The notes below the pieces were generated by a model. It was not told the DNA's origin. It did not search any database and saw only the letters and a list, made by a program, of their open reading frames with translations. From the NCBI RefSeq assembly GCF_036279695.1, contig NZ_DASUIQ010000065.1, positions 52,601 to 116,600 on the forward strand: a stretch of DNA of 64,000 nucleotides, in the 5' to 3' direction. Made by a program: the position numbers and the translations under genes. The stretch is from Sulfuricurvum sp. Lineage in GTDB: Bacteria; Campylobacterota; Campylobacteria; Campylobacterales; Sulfurimonadaceae. This document shows, in pieces, positions 8,654 to 18,986 of this stretch (position 1 is the stretch's first letter; each line of letters starts with the position of its first letter).

Positions 8654-9602
8654 GCTTCGTTGATTCCTCATTCATTTTTTCTACAATCAGTGCTAAAATA
8701 TTTTCACTTTTCGTTTTATCGATAAATCCGTCAGCCCCCAAAGAAGCCGCTTCACGTTTGTTATTATCACCCGTCATAGAACTGTTGACGATAATCGGGA
8801 TCGATTTGGTAAGAGGATTGGCTTTAAGCGATTGAATAACGGTAAACCCTGACATTTCAGGCATTTCAATATCGGTAATGATGGCCGGTATCGATGCAGG
8901 GCTCGGATGTTTGGCAATGAATTCCACCAAATCCCGTCCGTTGTTAAAAATTTGGTAGCCGATATGGGCATGCTCGAAAATCTGGCGCAAATGGCGCTGT
9001 GCGGTTTTTGAATCTTCGGCGATGAGGACAACACCGTTTTTCAATTTTTCAGGAATAGCGATGTTGTGGAGAGCTTTGGTTGCATTATCAACATTGACCA
9101 TCGCCTGAGGGATAACATCGGCTAAAAGTTTTTCATAATCGAGAACCAAACACAGACTTCCATCATCCAAACGGGTATCGTTGATTACCAGACCGTCGTC
9201 TCCTAATCGGTAACTGTCCGGCGCATGCATTTCGTTCCAGTTTTTCTTGATAACACGGTACGCAAACATAATACGGATACCGATGACAATCCCGTTAAAA
9301 TCGCAGATTAGGAGATTGGATGCTTTGCGTTTCTCATCAGGGAGTTGAACCCCAAGCCATTTCGGCAGATTTAAAATCGGGATTTGAAGTTCACGTAAAA
9401 CAATCGTTCCTTCCAATAGTGGATGTGCTCCCGGGATCTGGGTGAGATGGTGCCGTTTTGACTCGACCACTTCACGGGTTTTAAAAACATTGATGGCGTA
9501 GTATGGGGACTCTTCAGCGGCATCAATTTTAAAAACCAATAATTGTACTTCATTATTTTTGGCTAAGTTGGTGGCGGCGTCGACGTGTTCTAAAAGAGAC
9601 AT
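8640..9602 (-). CDS. cheV: chemotaxis coupling protein CheV (CheW-like domain + receiver domain)
   Basis: N-terminal CheW-like domain and C-terminal REC domain (VLIAEDSKTA, ITDIEMPEMSGF). The ATG at 9602 with GAGGT SD is preferred over the track's TTG at 9641. Confidence 0.85.
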   Translation of the reverse strand: MSLLEHVDAATNLAKNNEVQLLVFKIDAAEESPYYAINVFKTREVVESKRHHLTQIPGAHPLLEGTIVLRELQIPILNLPKWLGVQLPDEKRKASNLLICDFNGIVIGIRIMFAYRVIKKNWNEMHAPDSYRLGDDGLVINDTRLDDGSLCLVLDYEKLLADVIPQAMVNVDNATKALHNIAIPEKLKNGVVLIAEDSKTAQRHLRQIFEHAHIGYQIFNNGRDLVEFIAKHPSPASIPAIITDIEMPEMSGFTVIQSLKANPLTKSIPIIVNSSMTGDNNKREAASLGADGFIDKTKSENILALIVEKMNEESTKLLPR

Positions 9603-9727
9603 AGTGACCTCGAAATATTTATATTCTTTAATCATATCCAAATCAGGGGTTTTTTTTACTAAAAACTAAAGGGTGCTGAGGGTAAAATGTTAAATAACAC
9701 CTATTTTGAAAGAAAATTTTGATTGAA

Positions 9728-11461
9728 ATGAATTCAACCTCGGCTTGCCCTCTTGATTGTTATGATGCCTGTCGTGTAACGCTTGATGAAAACGCTAAGC
9801 TCAAAGGGGACAAAGAACACCCAATTACGCGAGGTTATTTGTGTCCGAATCTGAACCATTTTAACCAAGCCGAACGTTTGACGGCTCCGATGTTTCGAGG
9901 TGAAGAGATTTCGATGGAACGTGCAGTTGAGTTGTTGATTGAAGCGTTAAAAAGCTCTAAATCCTCTGAGACGCTCTATTACCGAGGAAGCGGTAATGTA
10001 GGTTTGATGCAGCGCTCGGTTGAGCATTTTTTTGCCGGTATCAACGCAGTGGGAACCTCAGGAAGTTTATGTGACGGTGCGGGAGAAGCGGGTGTATTGG
10101 CGGGACGGGGGAGTAATGAAGTCCTCATCCCATCGATGCTAGAGGAAAGTGAAGTGGTTATTTTGTGGGGACGAAATCCTCATACGACCCATTCTCATGT
10201 GCTTCCCTTTTTGGAGGGAAAAAAAATCATTGTCATTGATCCCGTGAAAACGGCGATGGCTCACAAAGCGGATCTCCATATTCAGATCAAGCCTCACGGG
10301 GATATGTATCTGGCGCTGTTGCTCAGCCGCTTTGCGATTATCGAAGGGTTGCATGATAAAGATTTTTTGGAAGAATATGCAAGCGGCTACAGCGATTTTT
10401 ACGAGTTGACCCAGAGTGTTCGGATCAAAGCAACGTTGGATGCTATCGATGTTACTTTGGGAGAGATCGGATCGATCCTCGAGATGGTGCAGGGAAAAAA
10501 GACGGCGATTTTAGTCGGTATCGGGGTTCAAAAATACCGTAACGGAGCAGATGTCCTCCGTGCTATCGATGGTTTCGCAGCGGTAATGGGGCTGTTTGGG
10601 AAACGCGGATGCGGTGTCAGTTTTTTAGGTAACTCGTTGAGCGGTATCGAGTTGCCTTTTAAACCCATTTCTCATCGTGTGAGTAAGCCAACTGTTGACT
10701 TTTCAAAGTATAATTGTGTTTTCATTCAGGGATCAAACCCTTTGGCTCAAATGCCCAATAGCGATAGTGTGACACGATCGTTTGAGAGTGCAGGGTTTAG
10801 CGTCTATTTCGGGCTTTATGCAAATGAAACATCACGTTCGTCCGATTTGGTGATTCCGGCGAAAACCTTCTTGGAAAAAAATGATTTTCGCAGTTCGTAC
10901 GGCGATTACACATTACAAGAGATGCCGCAACTGTCGCAGAGTAGTACGGGAATTAGCGAGTATGAGCTGACACATCTATTGTGCGATGCGTTTGGGGTGG
11001 CTTTTGAGCGTGAAGCGTATTATTTGGATTTTTTTCGAAATCAAATCGAATATTCCGAGGGTGTCGGGTATCGAAAAAATGCTCCACAAATCCCCTATGA
11101 AACGGGATTTCAAAATGGAGAATTTGAGTTTTTGGACGAGGTCGATTTGGAAATGGATGCGAGTGAGGGATTTAACCTCATTACCCCTAAATACTCCAAA
11201 GGGCTTAACTCTCAGTTTAAACGCTCTACTGGGGTCTATTTTCATCCTGAAGCGGGATTCGAGGAGGGGGAGATAGTAAGGCTCTCATCTCCAAGCGGGA
11301 GCGTTGAAATGGCAGTGAAACATGATGGGACGTTGAGGCGAGATTGTCTGTTGATCTATTCGGGAACGCCACAAGTGAATGTACTGACTCCCTCATTGCT
11401 CAGCTATGAGGGGGAGAGTGCCGTGTATCAAGAAACTAAAATAAAGGTGACTAAAAAATGA
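9728..11461 (+). CDS. cytoplasmic molybdopterin (MopB superfamily) oxidoreductase, substrate unknown
   Basis: N-terminal Fe-S cysteine cluster CPLDCYDAC...C. Size and overall pattern fit a small bis-MGD enzyme. No twin-arginine signal. ATG at 9728 (track TTG at 9719). Confidence 0.7.
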   Translation: MNSTSACPLDCYDACRVTLDENAKLKGDKEHPITRGYLCPNLNHFNQAERLTAPMFRGEEISMERAVELLIEALKSSKSSETLYYRGSGNVGLMQRSVEHFFAGINAVGTSGSLCDGAGEAGVLAGRGSNEVLIPSMLEESEVVILWGRNPHTTHSHVLPFLEGKKIIVIDPVKTAMAHKADLHIQIKPHGDMYLALLLSRFAIIEGLHDKDFLEEYASGYSDFYELTQSVRIKATLDAIDVTLGEIGSILEMVQGKKTAILVGIGVQKYRNGADVLRAIDGFAAVMGLFGKRGCGVSFLGNSLSGIELPFKPISHRVSKPTVDFSKYNCVFIQGSNPLAQMPNSDSVTRSFESAGFSVYFGLYANETSRSSDLVIPAKTFLEKNDFRSSYGDYTLQEMPQLSQSSTGISEYELTHLLCDAFGVAFEREAYYLDFFRNQIEYSEGVGYRKNAPQIPYETGFQNGEFEFLDEVDLEMDASEGFNLITPKYSKGLNSQFKRSTGVYFHPEAGFEEGEIVRLSSPSGSVEMAVKHDGTLRRDCLLIYSGTPQVNVLTPSLLSYEGESAVYQETKIKVTKK

Positions 11462-12633
11462 CTAAAAATTTTGAACAATATGTATTACCGACCTACGGAC
11501 GCCAAAATGTCAGCTTCGTATCAGGTAAAAATGCGATTTTGATCGACTCTGAGGGGAAAGAGTATATCGATTTCGCCGCAGGGATCGCCGTGTGCAGTGT
11601 CGGACACTCCAATGATCGCCTCACAAAAGCTATATGTGACCAAGTGAGTAAAGTGATCCATGTTTCCAATCTCTATTACATCGCTCCCCAAGCCGAGTGC
11701 GCACGCCGTATCGTTGAACTCAGCGGTTACGATATGAAATGCTTTTTCGGTAACAGCGGAGCCGAAGCGAACGAGGGGGCGATCAAAATCGCTCGAAAGT
11801 ACGGAGAGGTCGAAGGACAGCCGAAGCGCTATAAAATCATCACCCTCGATCACTCGTTTCACGGACGTACGATTACGGCGCTCAAAGCAACGGGGCAAGA
11901 GTCGATGCACAACTATTTCGGGCCGTTTCCTGACGGGTTTGTGTACGCCAAAAATATCGATGAGATCGAATCGTTGATCGATGATCATACGGTTGCGGTG
12001 ATGATCGAACTCGTACAAGGGGAGGGGGGAGTTCAACCTCAGGATCGTGCTAAAGTACAAGCCCTATCAGCAATGCTAAAATCGCGCGATATTTTGCTGA
12101 TGGTGGATGAAGTACAGACGGGGATTTACCGCACGGGTGAGTTTTTAGCGTCTAACCTCTATGGGATCGAACCTGATGTGATTACGTTGGCAAAAGGTCT
12201 GGGGGGCGGTGTCCCTATCGGTGTCGTTATGACAAGCAAAAAAGATATTTTTGCACCCGGGGATCACGGTTCGACGTTCGGAGGGAACTATCTCTCGACA
12301 GCGGCGGCAAATGAAGTACTCGACATTCTCGAAGAGATCAAAGAGAGCGGTGAATTGGATGAACATCTCATCTATTTCGAAACCTCATTGGCTACCTTTG
12401 CAAAAGGGCATCCTGCCATCTTTTTGGAGCACGTCGGGCTTGGGATGATGCGCGGACTTCGTGTGTGTGATGCCGATACGCTGGGCAAGATCATCAATGC
12501 CGCGCGTGATGCGGGGGTAATCGTTCTCAAAGCGGGGCGTAATACACTCCGTTTCCTTCCGCCGCTCACGATTACGAAAGCCGATATTGATGAGGGGTTT
12601 GCACGTCTTGAAAAAGCGGTTGCGACGCTCTAA
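11458..12633 (+). CDS. argD: acetylornithine aminotransferase
   Basis: Class III aminotransferase motifs FHGRT, DEVQTG and LAKGLGGG. ATGA overlap with the upstream gene. Confidence 0.88.
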   Translation: MTKNFEQYVLPTYGRQNVSFVSGKNAILIDSEGKEYIDFAAGIAVCSVGHSNDRLTKAICDQVSKVIHVSNLYYIAPQAECARRIVELSGYDMKCFFGNSGAEANEGAIKIARKYGEVEGQPKRYKIITLDHSFHGRTITALKATGQESMHNYFGPFPDGFVYAKNIDEIESLIDDHTVAVMIELVQGEGGVQPQDRAKVQALSAMLKSRDILLMVDEVQTGIYRTGEFLASNLYGIEPDVITLAKGLGGGVPIGVVMTSKKDIFAPGDHGSTFGGNYLSTAAANEVLDILEEIKESGELDEHLIYFETSLATFAKGHPAIFLEHVGLGMMRGLRVCDADTLGKIINAARDAGVIVLKAGRNTLRFLPPLTITKADIDEGFARLEKAVATL

Positions 12634-12641
12634 GGAAGTAC

Positions 12642-13634
12642 GTGCAATTTAGTCAGTACATGAACGATTGGCTCTACGGTGAGTCAGGATATTATGCTTC
12701 GTATCGTCCGATCGGAAAAAAAGGGGACTTTTACACAGCGGTGAGCACCTCGAAGTTTTTTGGCGGCTCAATTGCCAACCATATCCTCAAACGGCTCGAT
12801 GAGGGGTTTTTGAGACCTGATTCGCTGATTTGTGAGATCGGGGCTCATCATGGCTATCTGTTGGCTGATATTATCGAGTTTCTTCATACCCTCCGACCGC
12901 AACTGTTGCAAACGCTCCGTTTTGGGATCGTTGAACGGTTTGAGAATCTGAGAACGGCTCAAAAGTCTTATTTTGATGAATCGTTCGGCAATGCGGTTGC
13001 ACTGGAACACTATAGCGATCTCGGTGAGTTAAACGAACAATCGACCTTTTTTATCGCAAACGAGATTTTTGATGCATTCGGATGTGAACTTTTTTACAAA
13101 GGGAAAATCGCTCGCGTAGAGAATCATGAGATTGTTTTTGATATTGATGATCCTAAAATCACGGCATTGGCTGAAAAATATAAGCAAGATCGAGGGGAAA
13201 TCGCACTAGGATACGAATCGTTTGCCGAGGCGATGAGCCGCGCATCAAAGCGTTTTGAATTTATGACATTTGATTATGGTGAGTTGGAAGCTCGGAGCGA
13301 TTTTTCGATCCGTGTTTATCAAGAACATCAGACGTTTCCCCTTTTCGATGAGGCTCTTAAGCGATTAGAGGCATTCGGTAAAAGCGATATTACGTACGAT
13401 GTGAACTTTACCCATGTTAAAGAGGCGTACGAGGCACAAGGGATCAAATGTGCACAGTACGCGACACAACTGGTGGCGTTGGTGGAGATGGGGATACTCG
13501 ATTTGTTGGCGATGCTCAAAGAACATGCGGGTGATGAGATTTATACCCAAGAGCTGGAAAAAGTGAAAATTTTGATCACCCCGTCCTTGATGGGAGAGCG
13601 GTTTAAGATGATACGTTTTATCAAGGAGTCGTAA
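12642..13634 (+). CDS. SAM-dependent methyltransferase, DUF185 (MidA/NDUFAF7) family
   Basis: LYGESGYY N-terminus and EIGAHHGYLLADI SAM-binding region. GTG start after AAGGAAG. Confidence 0.7.
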   Translation: MQFSQYMNDWLYGESGYYASYRPIGKKGDFYTAVSTSKFFGGSIANHILKRLDEGFLRPDSLICEIGAHHGYLLADIIEFLHTLRPQLLQTLRFGIVERFENLRTAQKSYFDESFGNAVALEHYSDLGELNEQSTFFIANEIFDAFGCELFYKGKIARVENHEIVFDIDDPKITALAEKYKQDRGEIALGYESFAEAMSRASKRFEFMTFDYGELEARSDFSIRVYQEHQTFPLFDEALKRLEAFGKSDITYDVNFTHVKEAYEAQGIKCAQYATQLVALVEMGILDLLAMLKEHAGDEIYTQELEKVKILITPSLMGERFKMIRFIKES

Positions 13635-14146
13635 TGGTACGGATACCATTTTTACTGCTCGTTGCGATTGCGCTATACGGCGGAGTACTGCACGATGCGG
13701 CGTATGAGGGAGATGTGTCGAAAATCAAAGCTCATTTGGCTACCAAGCACAGTGTAGATGAACAAAACGCAGCTGGATTGAGCGCGTTGCACGTAGCGAT
13801 CAAAATGGGTGATTTAAAAGTTGCGCAACTCTTGCTCGATAACGGTGCGGATATAAATGCGCAGGATTTCAACGGGTATACGCCCCTGATTTTAGCCATC
13901 AAGATGCGTAATCTTGAGCTGGTCACCTTTGTGGTATTGCACGGTGCGGATGTCAATCTTGCCAACAAAGACGGGGTCACACCGCTTCACCAAGCGGCGT
14001 TTAGCGGTAACGAAGCGGTGGTCGATTTTCTCTTAAAAGCCAAAGCCGATCCCCATCTCAAAAATAATGACGGGGCCACCGCGTATGATTTCGCGATTGC
14101 CAAGAAAAATTTTCAAATCGCTCAACTGATTAGAATGTCGATGTAG
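13634..14146 (+). CDS. exported ankyrin-repeat protein
   Basis: Signal-like N-terminus followed by about four ANK repeats (G.SALHVA, GYTPLILA, GVTPLHQAA, GATAYDFA). Confidence 0.8.
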   Translation: MVRIPFLLLVAIALYGGVLHDAAYEGDVSKIKAHLATKHSVDEQNAAGLSALHVAIKMGDLKVAQLLLDNGADINAQDFNGYTPLILAIKMRNLELVTFVVLHGADVNLANKDGVTPLHQAAFSGNEAVVDFLLKAKADPHLKNNDGATAYDFAIAKKNFQIAQLIRMSM

Positions 14147-14154
14147 GAGTAGCT

Positions 14155-14355
14155 ATGCAGATCAAAGTAAACGGTGAAATGAGAGAGTTAGCAGAGGGAT
14201 CGAGTATGCTCGATCTTATCAGATCTTTGGGATTGGAAGAGCGTGTTATGGCATCGGCTCTGAATATGGAGATTGTGAAACAAGACGCATGGGGAAATGC
14301 AGTTCTCAAAGAGGGTGATACGATCGAATTGCTTGATTTTGTCGGGGGAGGGTGA
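14155..14355 (+). CDS. thiS: sulfur-carrier protein ThiS
   Basis: 66 aa beta-grasp-type sequence ending in GG. Confidence 0.8.
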   Translation: MQIKVNGEMRELAEGSSMLDLIRSLGLEERVMASALNMEIVKQDAWGNAVLKEGDTIELLDFVGGG

Positions 14356-14356
14356 T

Positions 14357-14653
14357 TTAGTTTTCACCCTGCAATGCTAATAGTCTTTCGTATTTGGTCT
14401 TTAGGATCAAATACTCTTTGTTCAAATCTTCGTACGCTTTTTTGTAATCGATCTCAAACTCTTCACTAGCGGTACTGTTGAAATCGTTTTTAGGCTGAGT
14501 GGAAGAAGAGTTCATCACAATATAGGTTACTTCTTTACCGTTCTCTTCTTTGACGACGGTAGGCAATTCTCCGCTCATCGTTTTTTTAATGACGTTAAAT
14601 GTACTGATATGGTGTTTGGAGGCATATTTTTGAATGCTTAGGAGTTCTTGCAT
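14357..14653 (-). CDS. hypothetical protein
   Basis: 98 aa ORF co-directional with acpS-fliL, 10 nt downstream of acpS. No motif recognised. Confidence 0.45.
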   Translation of the reverse strand: MQELLSIQKYASKHHISTFNVIKKTMSGELPTVVKEENGKEVTYIVMNSSSTQPKNDFNSTASEEFEIDYKKAYEDLNKEYLILKTKYERLLALQGEN

Positions 14654-14663
14654 AGGTTTACCT

Positions 14664-15026
14664 TTAAGAGATTAAGAGATAGGATTCGAGTGCGACGACG
14701 GCAATGGCATACTCTCCGTCATGGGTGATTGAAACCGATAGTGAGGTGACCCCAAATCGCTGTTTGACCTCTTCGGAGAGGGAAATGATGGGTGAGCCTT
14801 TGGGGGTTTTGGAGAGGATGATGTCGTGAAAGCCGCAATCGCTTCCGATACCGCACCCCAGTGCTTTTGCACATGCCTCTTTTGCCGCCCAAAAGCCTGC
14901 CGCATTACGATGGTTTTTGATTAAAGATATTTCATTTTCGGATAAAAATTTTTGAAGTCCCCGATCGCCGAAACGCTCGATTAGACGTTTCATGCGGTCA
15001 GTTTTGATGAGGTCGATGCCGATCAT
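14664..15026 (-). CDS. acpS: holo-[acyl-carrier-protein] synthase
   Basis: MIGIDLI start, 120 aa, typical AcpS layout. 4 nt overlap with fliL. Confidence 0.88.
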   Translation of the reverse strand: MIGIDLIKTDRMKRLIERFGDRGLQKFLSENEISLIKNHRNAAGFWAAKEACAKALGCGIGSDCGFHDIILSKTPKGSPIISLSEEVKQRFGVTSLSVSITHDGEYAIAVVALESYLLIS

Positions 15027-15601
15027 TGCACCACGAAGTCGGTAAAGTGGACATTTTTGATTTTACCGTCTTTCAAACGAGTATTCAAGTCTCTGACAAT
15101 CTCTTCTTTTAGTTTTTCTTTCCCTTTACTGGTCGAAATCTCTTCAAGTGATTTAGAACTTAAAATACGGATAATAATATCGCGGAATACCGGTTTTTTC
15201 TCTTCCAATTCCGGTGAGAGCTCTTTTCCGTCCATTTCCAAATTCATTTCGCATTTTAGATAGCGACGTCCGCTTTCACTGAGAAGATTAACGGTAAACG
15301 GTTCGAGAGGAAACATAATACCCACTTCCGTCAGTGCCTCGTTACTCACTTCTGTGGCTTTGGCTTCACCATCGTGAGTTGCTTCGCCTTCTGTCGCATG
15401 TCCCTCTGCAGCTACTTCGGTTTTTGCCCCTTTGCCGGCTTCGGCTTCTGCATCATGGTTTCCCATCATGAGTGCGGCAACAACCCCTCCGATTACTAAA
15501 ATGAGAACCAATACTGCGATGATAATAATCAGGAGCATATTCCCCGATTTTTTCTTTCCGCCTTCTTCGGCTTCGTGTTCTTCTTTTTCTTTTTCAGCCA
15601 T
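15023..15601 (-). CDS. fliL: flagellar basal-body-associated protein FliL
   Basis: N-terminal TM helix, acidic low-complexity spacer, and a conserved FliL C-terminal domain (PFTVNL, YLKCEMNLE, FTDFVVQ). Confidence 0.85.
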   Translation of the reverse strand: MAEKEKEEHEAEEGGKKKSGNMLLIIIIAVLVLILVIGGVVAALMMGNHDAEAEAGKGAKTEVAAEGHATEGEATHDGEAKATEVSNEALTEVGIMFPLEPFTVNLLSESGRRYLKCEMNLEMDGKELSPELEEKKPVFRDIIIRILSSKSLEEISTSKGKEKLKEEIVRDLNTRLKDGKIKNVHFTDFVVQ

Positions 15602-15715
15602 CCATAGCTCCTAGGATAAAGTTAATTCTTTATTGTAGCGAGAAACTTATGAAATTTGCCACGGTACCTAATGGAAATTTTGGTAAACTTAGCAGATGAA
15701 ATGAAGGGAATCTTT

Positions 15716-16510
15716 ATGGTAGAAAGACTTTTAGGTTATATCGGTCGTCCATTTGTCCGATTTTATGAAACAATTGAGCGGTTCGGTCAGTTTATTCTAT
15801 TTCAATTACATCTTTTTAAACTCTATCCGGATATTTTCAAACGTCCGAAAATCTTATTCACTCAAATCGAAACGGTCGGTATGGGATGTATGGGTGTAAT
15901 CACCTTAACGGCGTTATTTACGGGAATGGTCGAAGCGATCCAGCTCTATAACGGGTTTCATCAATTCGGAGCCGAAAATTTTACCGGATATACGATTTTT
16001 TATTCGATTACCCGAGAATTGGGACCTGTTTTTGCCTCATTGATGCTGATCTCTCGCTCTATCAGTGCGATGGCGGCGGAGCTCGGGACGATGCGGGTGA
16101 GTGAACAGATCGATGCAATCGATATTTTGGGGGTGGATTCCAAAGGATATTTGATAACCCCGCGTATTGTGGCAACGGTTATTTCTCTGCCGTTACTGGT
16201 CATTTGGTTTGATTTTATCGCCATCAGTTCAGCGTATGTAATCTCAATAGGGGTATTGGGGATTAATCCTATCGCATATCAAGATGTATTGATGCGTTTG
16301 GGTGAGTTTGATGACATTATGATCGGGGTGATCAAAGCGGCGGTATTTGGATTTATTGTCAGCTCTATCGGAAGTTATATCGGTTACCATACAAGCGGCG
16401 GAGCACGTGGGGTAGGGCAATCGACGATTTATGCCGTTGTTTACTCGGCTGTCGCGATCTTTGTTGCTAACTACTTTTTATCGGCTTTGTTCTTATACTT
16501 GGATATGTAA
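15716..16510 (+). CDS. mlaE: MlaE-family ABC transporter permease
   Basis: 264 aa polytopic protein with MlaE/Ttg2B-like sequence. The ATG at 15716 after AAGGGA is preferred to the track's TTG at 15656. Confidence 0.75.
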   Translation: MVERLLGYIGRPFVRFYETIERFGQFILFQLHLFKLYPDIFKRPKILFTQIETVGMGCMGVITLTALFTGMVEAIQLYNGFHQFGAENFTGYTIFYSITRELGPVFASLMLISRSISAMAAELGTMRVSEQIDAIDILGVDSKGYLITPRIVATVISLPLLVIWFDFIAISSAYVISIGVLGINPIAYQDVLMRLGEFDDIMIGVIKAAVFGFIVSSIGSYIGYHTSGGARGVGQSTIYAVVYSAVAIFVANYFLSALFLYLDM

Positions 16511-16521
16511 AACGGGGAAAA

Positions 16522-17202
16522 TCAATCCCCCAACTCACTGAGCGGACGAAATTCATAGGTATCGGGATCATAATACTCGATAGCACCCGTTTCAATATCG
16601 TAATACCATCCGTGGATAAAGAGTTTTTCCTCTTCTACCATTTTTTTCACGTATGGATAGGTGAGAAGATTTTCGATTTGGGTCACAATGGAGAGCTGTT
16701 CTGTGGCACGTAGTAGCTCTTCGCGCGGTGCATTCTCTCCCAATGCGATCATTGCCATCGATTTTGCTTTTTCTCCGAGGGTAAGCCATTTGGCGGTATG
16801 GATCATCGAAGTGTCACACGATGATTTATAGAGTGCTTCGATAGCTCCGCAGTGGGAGTGTCCGCAAATAATGATTTCGGATACTTCCAATACCAATACC
16901 GCATACTCTATCCCTGCCGCCGTTGAGTGAAAATCCTCATCGGGTTTATAGGGTGCGACGAAATTGCCGACGTTACGGACGACAAACAGATCCCCCGGAC
17001 TCGATTGGACGATGAGATCGGGAATAACCCGAGAATCAGAACATCCGATAAAAAGGGCGCGAGGGTTCTGCCCCTCTTTGACGAGACTGAGTAGTTGCGT
17101 CTCATGTTTTTTAAAATAGGTTTGTTGAAACGTTTCGTTGCCGTCGGCAAACTCTTTGAGACGCTGGACGCTTTGATCGGCAGGATTTTTGCTTAGCGAC
17201 AC
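16522..17202 (-). CDS. can: beta-class carbonic anhydrase
   Basis: Zinc-ligand motifs CSDSRV and HSHCGA. Confidence 0.88.
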   Translation of the reverse strand: MSLSKNPADQSVQRLKEFADGNETFQQTYFKKHETQLLSLVKEGQNPRALFIGCSDSRVIPDLIVQSSPGDLFVVRNVGNFVAPYKPDEDFHSTAAGIEYAVLVLEVSEIIICGHSHCGAIEALYKSSCDTSMIHTAKWLTLGEKAKSMAMIALGENAPREELLRATEQLSIVTQIENLLTYPYVKKMVEEEKLFIHGWYYDIETGAIEYYDPDTYEFRPLSELGD

Positions 17203-17465
17203 GCTTCAATCCCCAAGTGCTTAATAATCGCATCATATACTTTTCCGCCCTCACGGTCACAATCATCATGATATTCGATCGTAATCATCCGTTTTCCCTC
17301 TGTCACGGCACCGCCGTAAACATTCGGTTGGATTGAACATAGCGGTGTACATTCCGCTATCGCTTTCTCGATCATTTGGTGTTCTTCTTCGGTTGAATAA
17401 GCGAGTGAGAGTTTCGTGTATCGCTCTTCGGATTTATGGTCGGCAACAATAGAACATACTGGCAT
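17193..17465 (-). CDS. hypothetical small Cys-containing protein
   Basis: 90 aa ORF overlapping the carbonic anhydrase start by 10 nt. No family recognised. Confidence 0.45.
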   Translation of the reverse strand: MPVCSIVADHKSEERYTKLSLAYSTEEEHQMIEKAIAECTPLCSIQPNVYGGAVTEGKRMITIEYHDDCDREGGKVYDAIIKHLGIEACR

Positions 17466-17509
17466 AAAAAATCCTTCGTTTGTAATGGGTAATTATACGG
17501 AAATTTTGG

Positions 17510-18862
17510 TTAAAACCACTCAAGTAGTTTACTTACTTCGTCAATTTCGTAACATTTGATCGCTGTTTTCTCAATCGGTTTTTTAGGAATCAGCGCTTTG
17601 GTGATCTGTTGAGAAGCCGCCTCTTTGAGACGCTGATCGAGTTGGTATACTTCACGAATATCCCCTACGAGGGAGACTTCGCCGATAAAGACCGTCTCTT
17701 TGGAGATAGCACGGTTGCGAAAACTGCTGATGATGGCGGCGAGAATTGCCAAATCGGCGGAGGTTTCGGTGATTTTGATCCCCCCCGTGATATTGATAAA
17801 TACATCATAGCTGTTGAGAGGGATTTCGAGTTTGCGCTCCAGCAGTGCGAGAAGCATATTGAGGCGGTTGTTCTCAAACCCCGTTGCCTGACGTTTCGGA
17901 TTGGGGGCGTGAGTGTCGCTTACCAGCGCTTGTACTTCGAGGACGATGGGGCGAGTCCCCTCCATGATAACGGTGAGGGCGGAACCGCTTTGGGATTTTG
18001 TGCGGTTGAAAAAGCGCGAGGAGAGGTCTTTTGCCGAGACCAGACCGTCGTGACGCATCTCGAATACTCCGATTTCGCTTGTAGGTCCGAAACGGTTTTT
18101 AAACCCTCTCAAAATTCGCAGTTCATGTCCGCTGTCCCCCTCGAAATAGAGGACAACATCGACCATGTGTTCCAAGACGCGCGGCCCTGCAATGGAGCCC
18201 TCTTTGGTGATATGTCCGATGATGAAGATAGCGATACGGCGCTCTTTGGCGATACGCATCAGATCAAAGGTGATCTGTCTCACCTGCGTCACCGATCCGG
18301 GAGCCGAAGCGATCGTTTCGGAGTAGAGGGTTTGTATCGAGTCGATGATGATACACTCATAAGCGCGTTCATGCAGTTCGGCAAGGACTTGTTCCAGTCG
18401 TATCTCGGCGAGGAGATAGAGGTTATCGACATTGGCTCCCAGCCGGTTGGCTCGGAGTTTGATCTGCCCTTCGCTCTCTTCGCCCGAGACGTAGAGGACG
18501 TTGCGGTTTTGTTTCGCGAGATTCGAGCCGATTTTGAGGAGGAGGGTCGATTTCCCGACCCCCGGACTCCCGCCGATTAGCACCAATGAACCGGGGACGA
18601 CACCTCCGCCGAGAACCATATCCAGCTCGGCATCGTCACTGCTGAAGCGTTCGGTATGTTCTTCGACGATCTGAGTGATCTCTTTGGCTTTTACTCCGCC
18701 GGAGGGGGAAGAGGTAGAGGTGAGTTTGATCACCTCCTGCTGTTGCTCACTCAGTTCGACAAAGCTGTCCCATCCGCCGCAATTGGTACATTTTCCCATC
18801 CATTTGGGGGTAGTGAATCCGCAGTGTTGACATTCAAAGAGGACGTTTTTTTTCTTGGCCAT
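17510..18862 (-). CDS. radA: DNA repair protein RadA
   Basis: N-terminal zinc finger CQHCG...CTNCGGW, Walker A GGSPGVGKST, KNRFG motif, and Lon-like C-terminus. Confidence 0.95.
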   Translation of the reverse strand: MAKKKNVLFECQHCGFTTPKWMGKCTNCGGWDSFVELSEQQQEVIKLTSTSSPSGGVKAKEITQIVEEHTERFSSDDAELDMVLGGGVVPGSLVLIGGSPGVGKSTLLLKIGSNLAKQNRNVLYVSGEESEGQIKLRANRLGANVDNLYLLAEIRLEQVLAELHERAYECIIIDSIQTLYSETIASAPGSVTQVRQITFDLMRIAKERRIAIFIIGHITKEGSIAGPRVLEHMVDVVLYFEGDSGHELRILRGFKNRFGPTSEIGVFEMRHDGLVSAKDLSSRFFNRTKSQSGSALTVIMEGTRPIVLEVQALVSDTHAPNPKRQATGFENNRLNMLLALLERKLEIPLNSYDVFINITGGIKITETSADLAILAAIISSFRNRAISKETVFIGEVSLVGDIREVYQLDQRLKEAASQQITKALIPKKPIEKTAIKCYEIDEVSKLLEWF

Positions 18863-18986
18863 TTGGGAATCTTTTTTTAAAATTAACGTATATGTTCTTT
18901 ATTGTATCAAAGCTAATGTCAAAATTAGATTTATATATGTTTTTTTTGTTATTATTAAAAATATTTTTCAACATAAGGATCATTAA

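Noticed and set aside
17609-18580. 323 aa plus-strand ORF
   Set aside because: It is antisense to radA, which has unmistakable motifs. This is a typical shadow ORF with Arg/Asp/Gly-rich low-information sequence.
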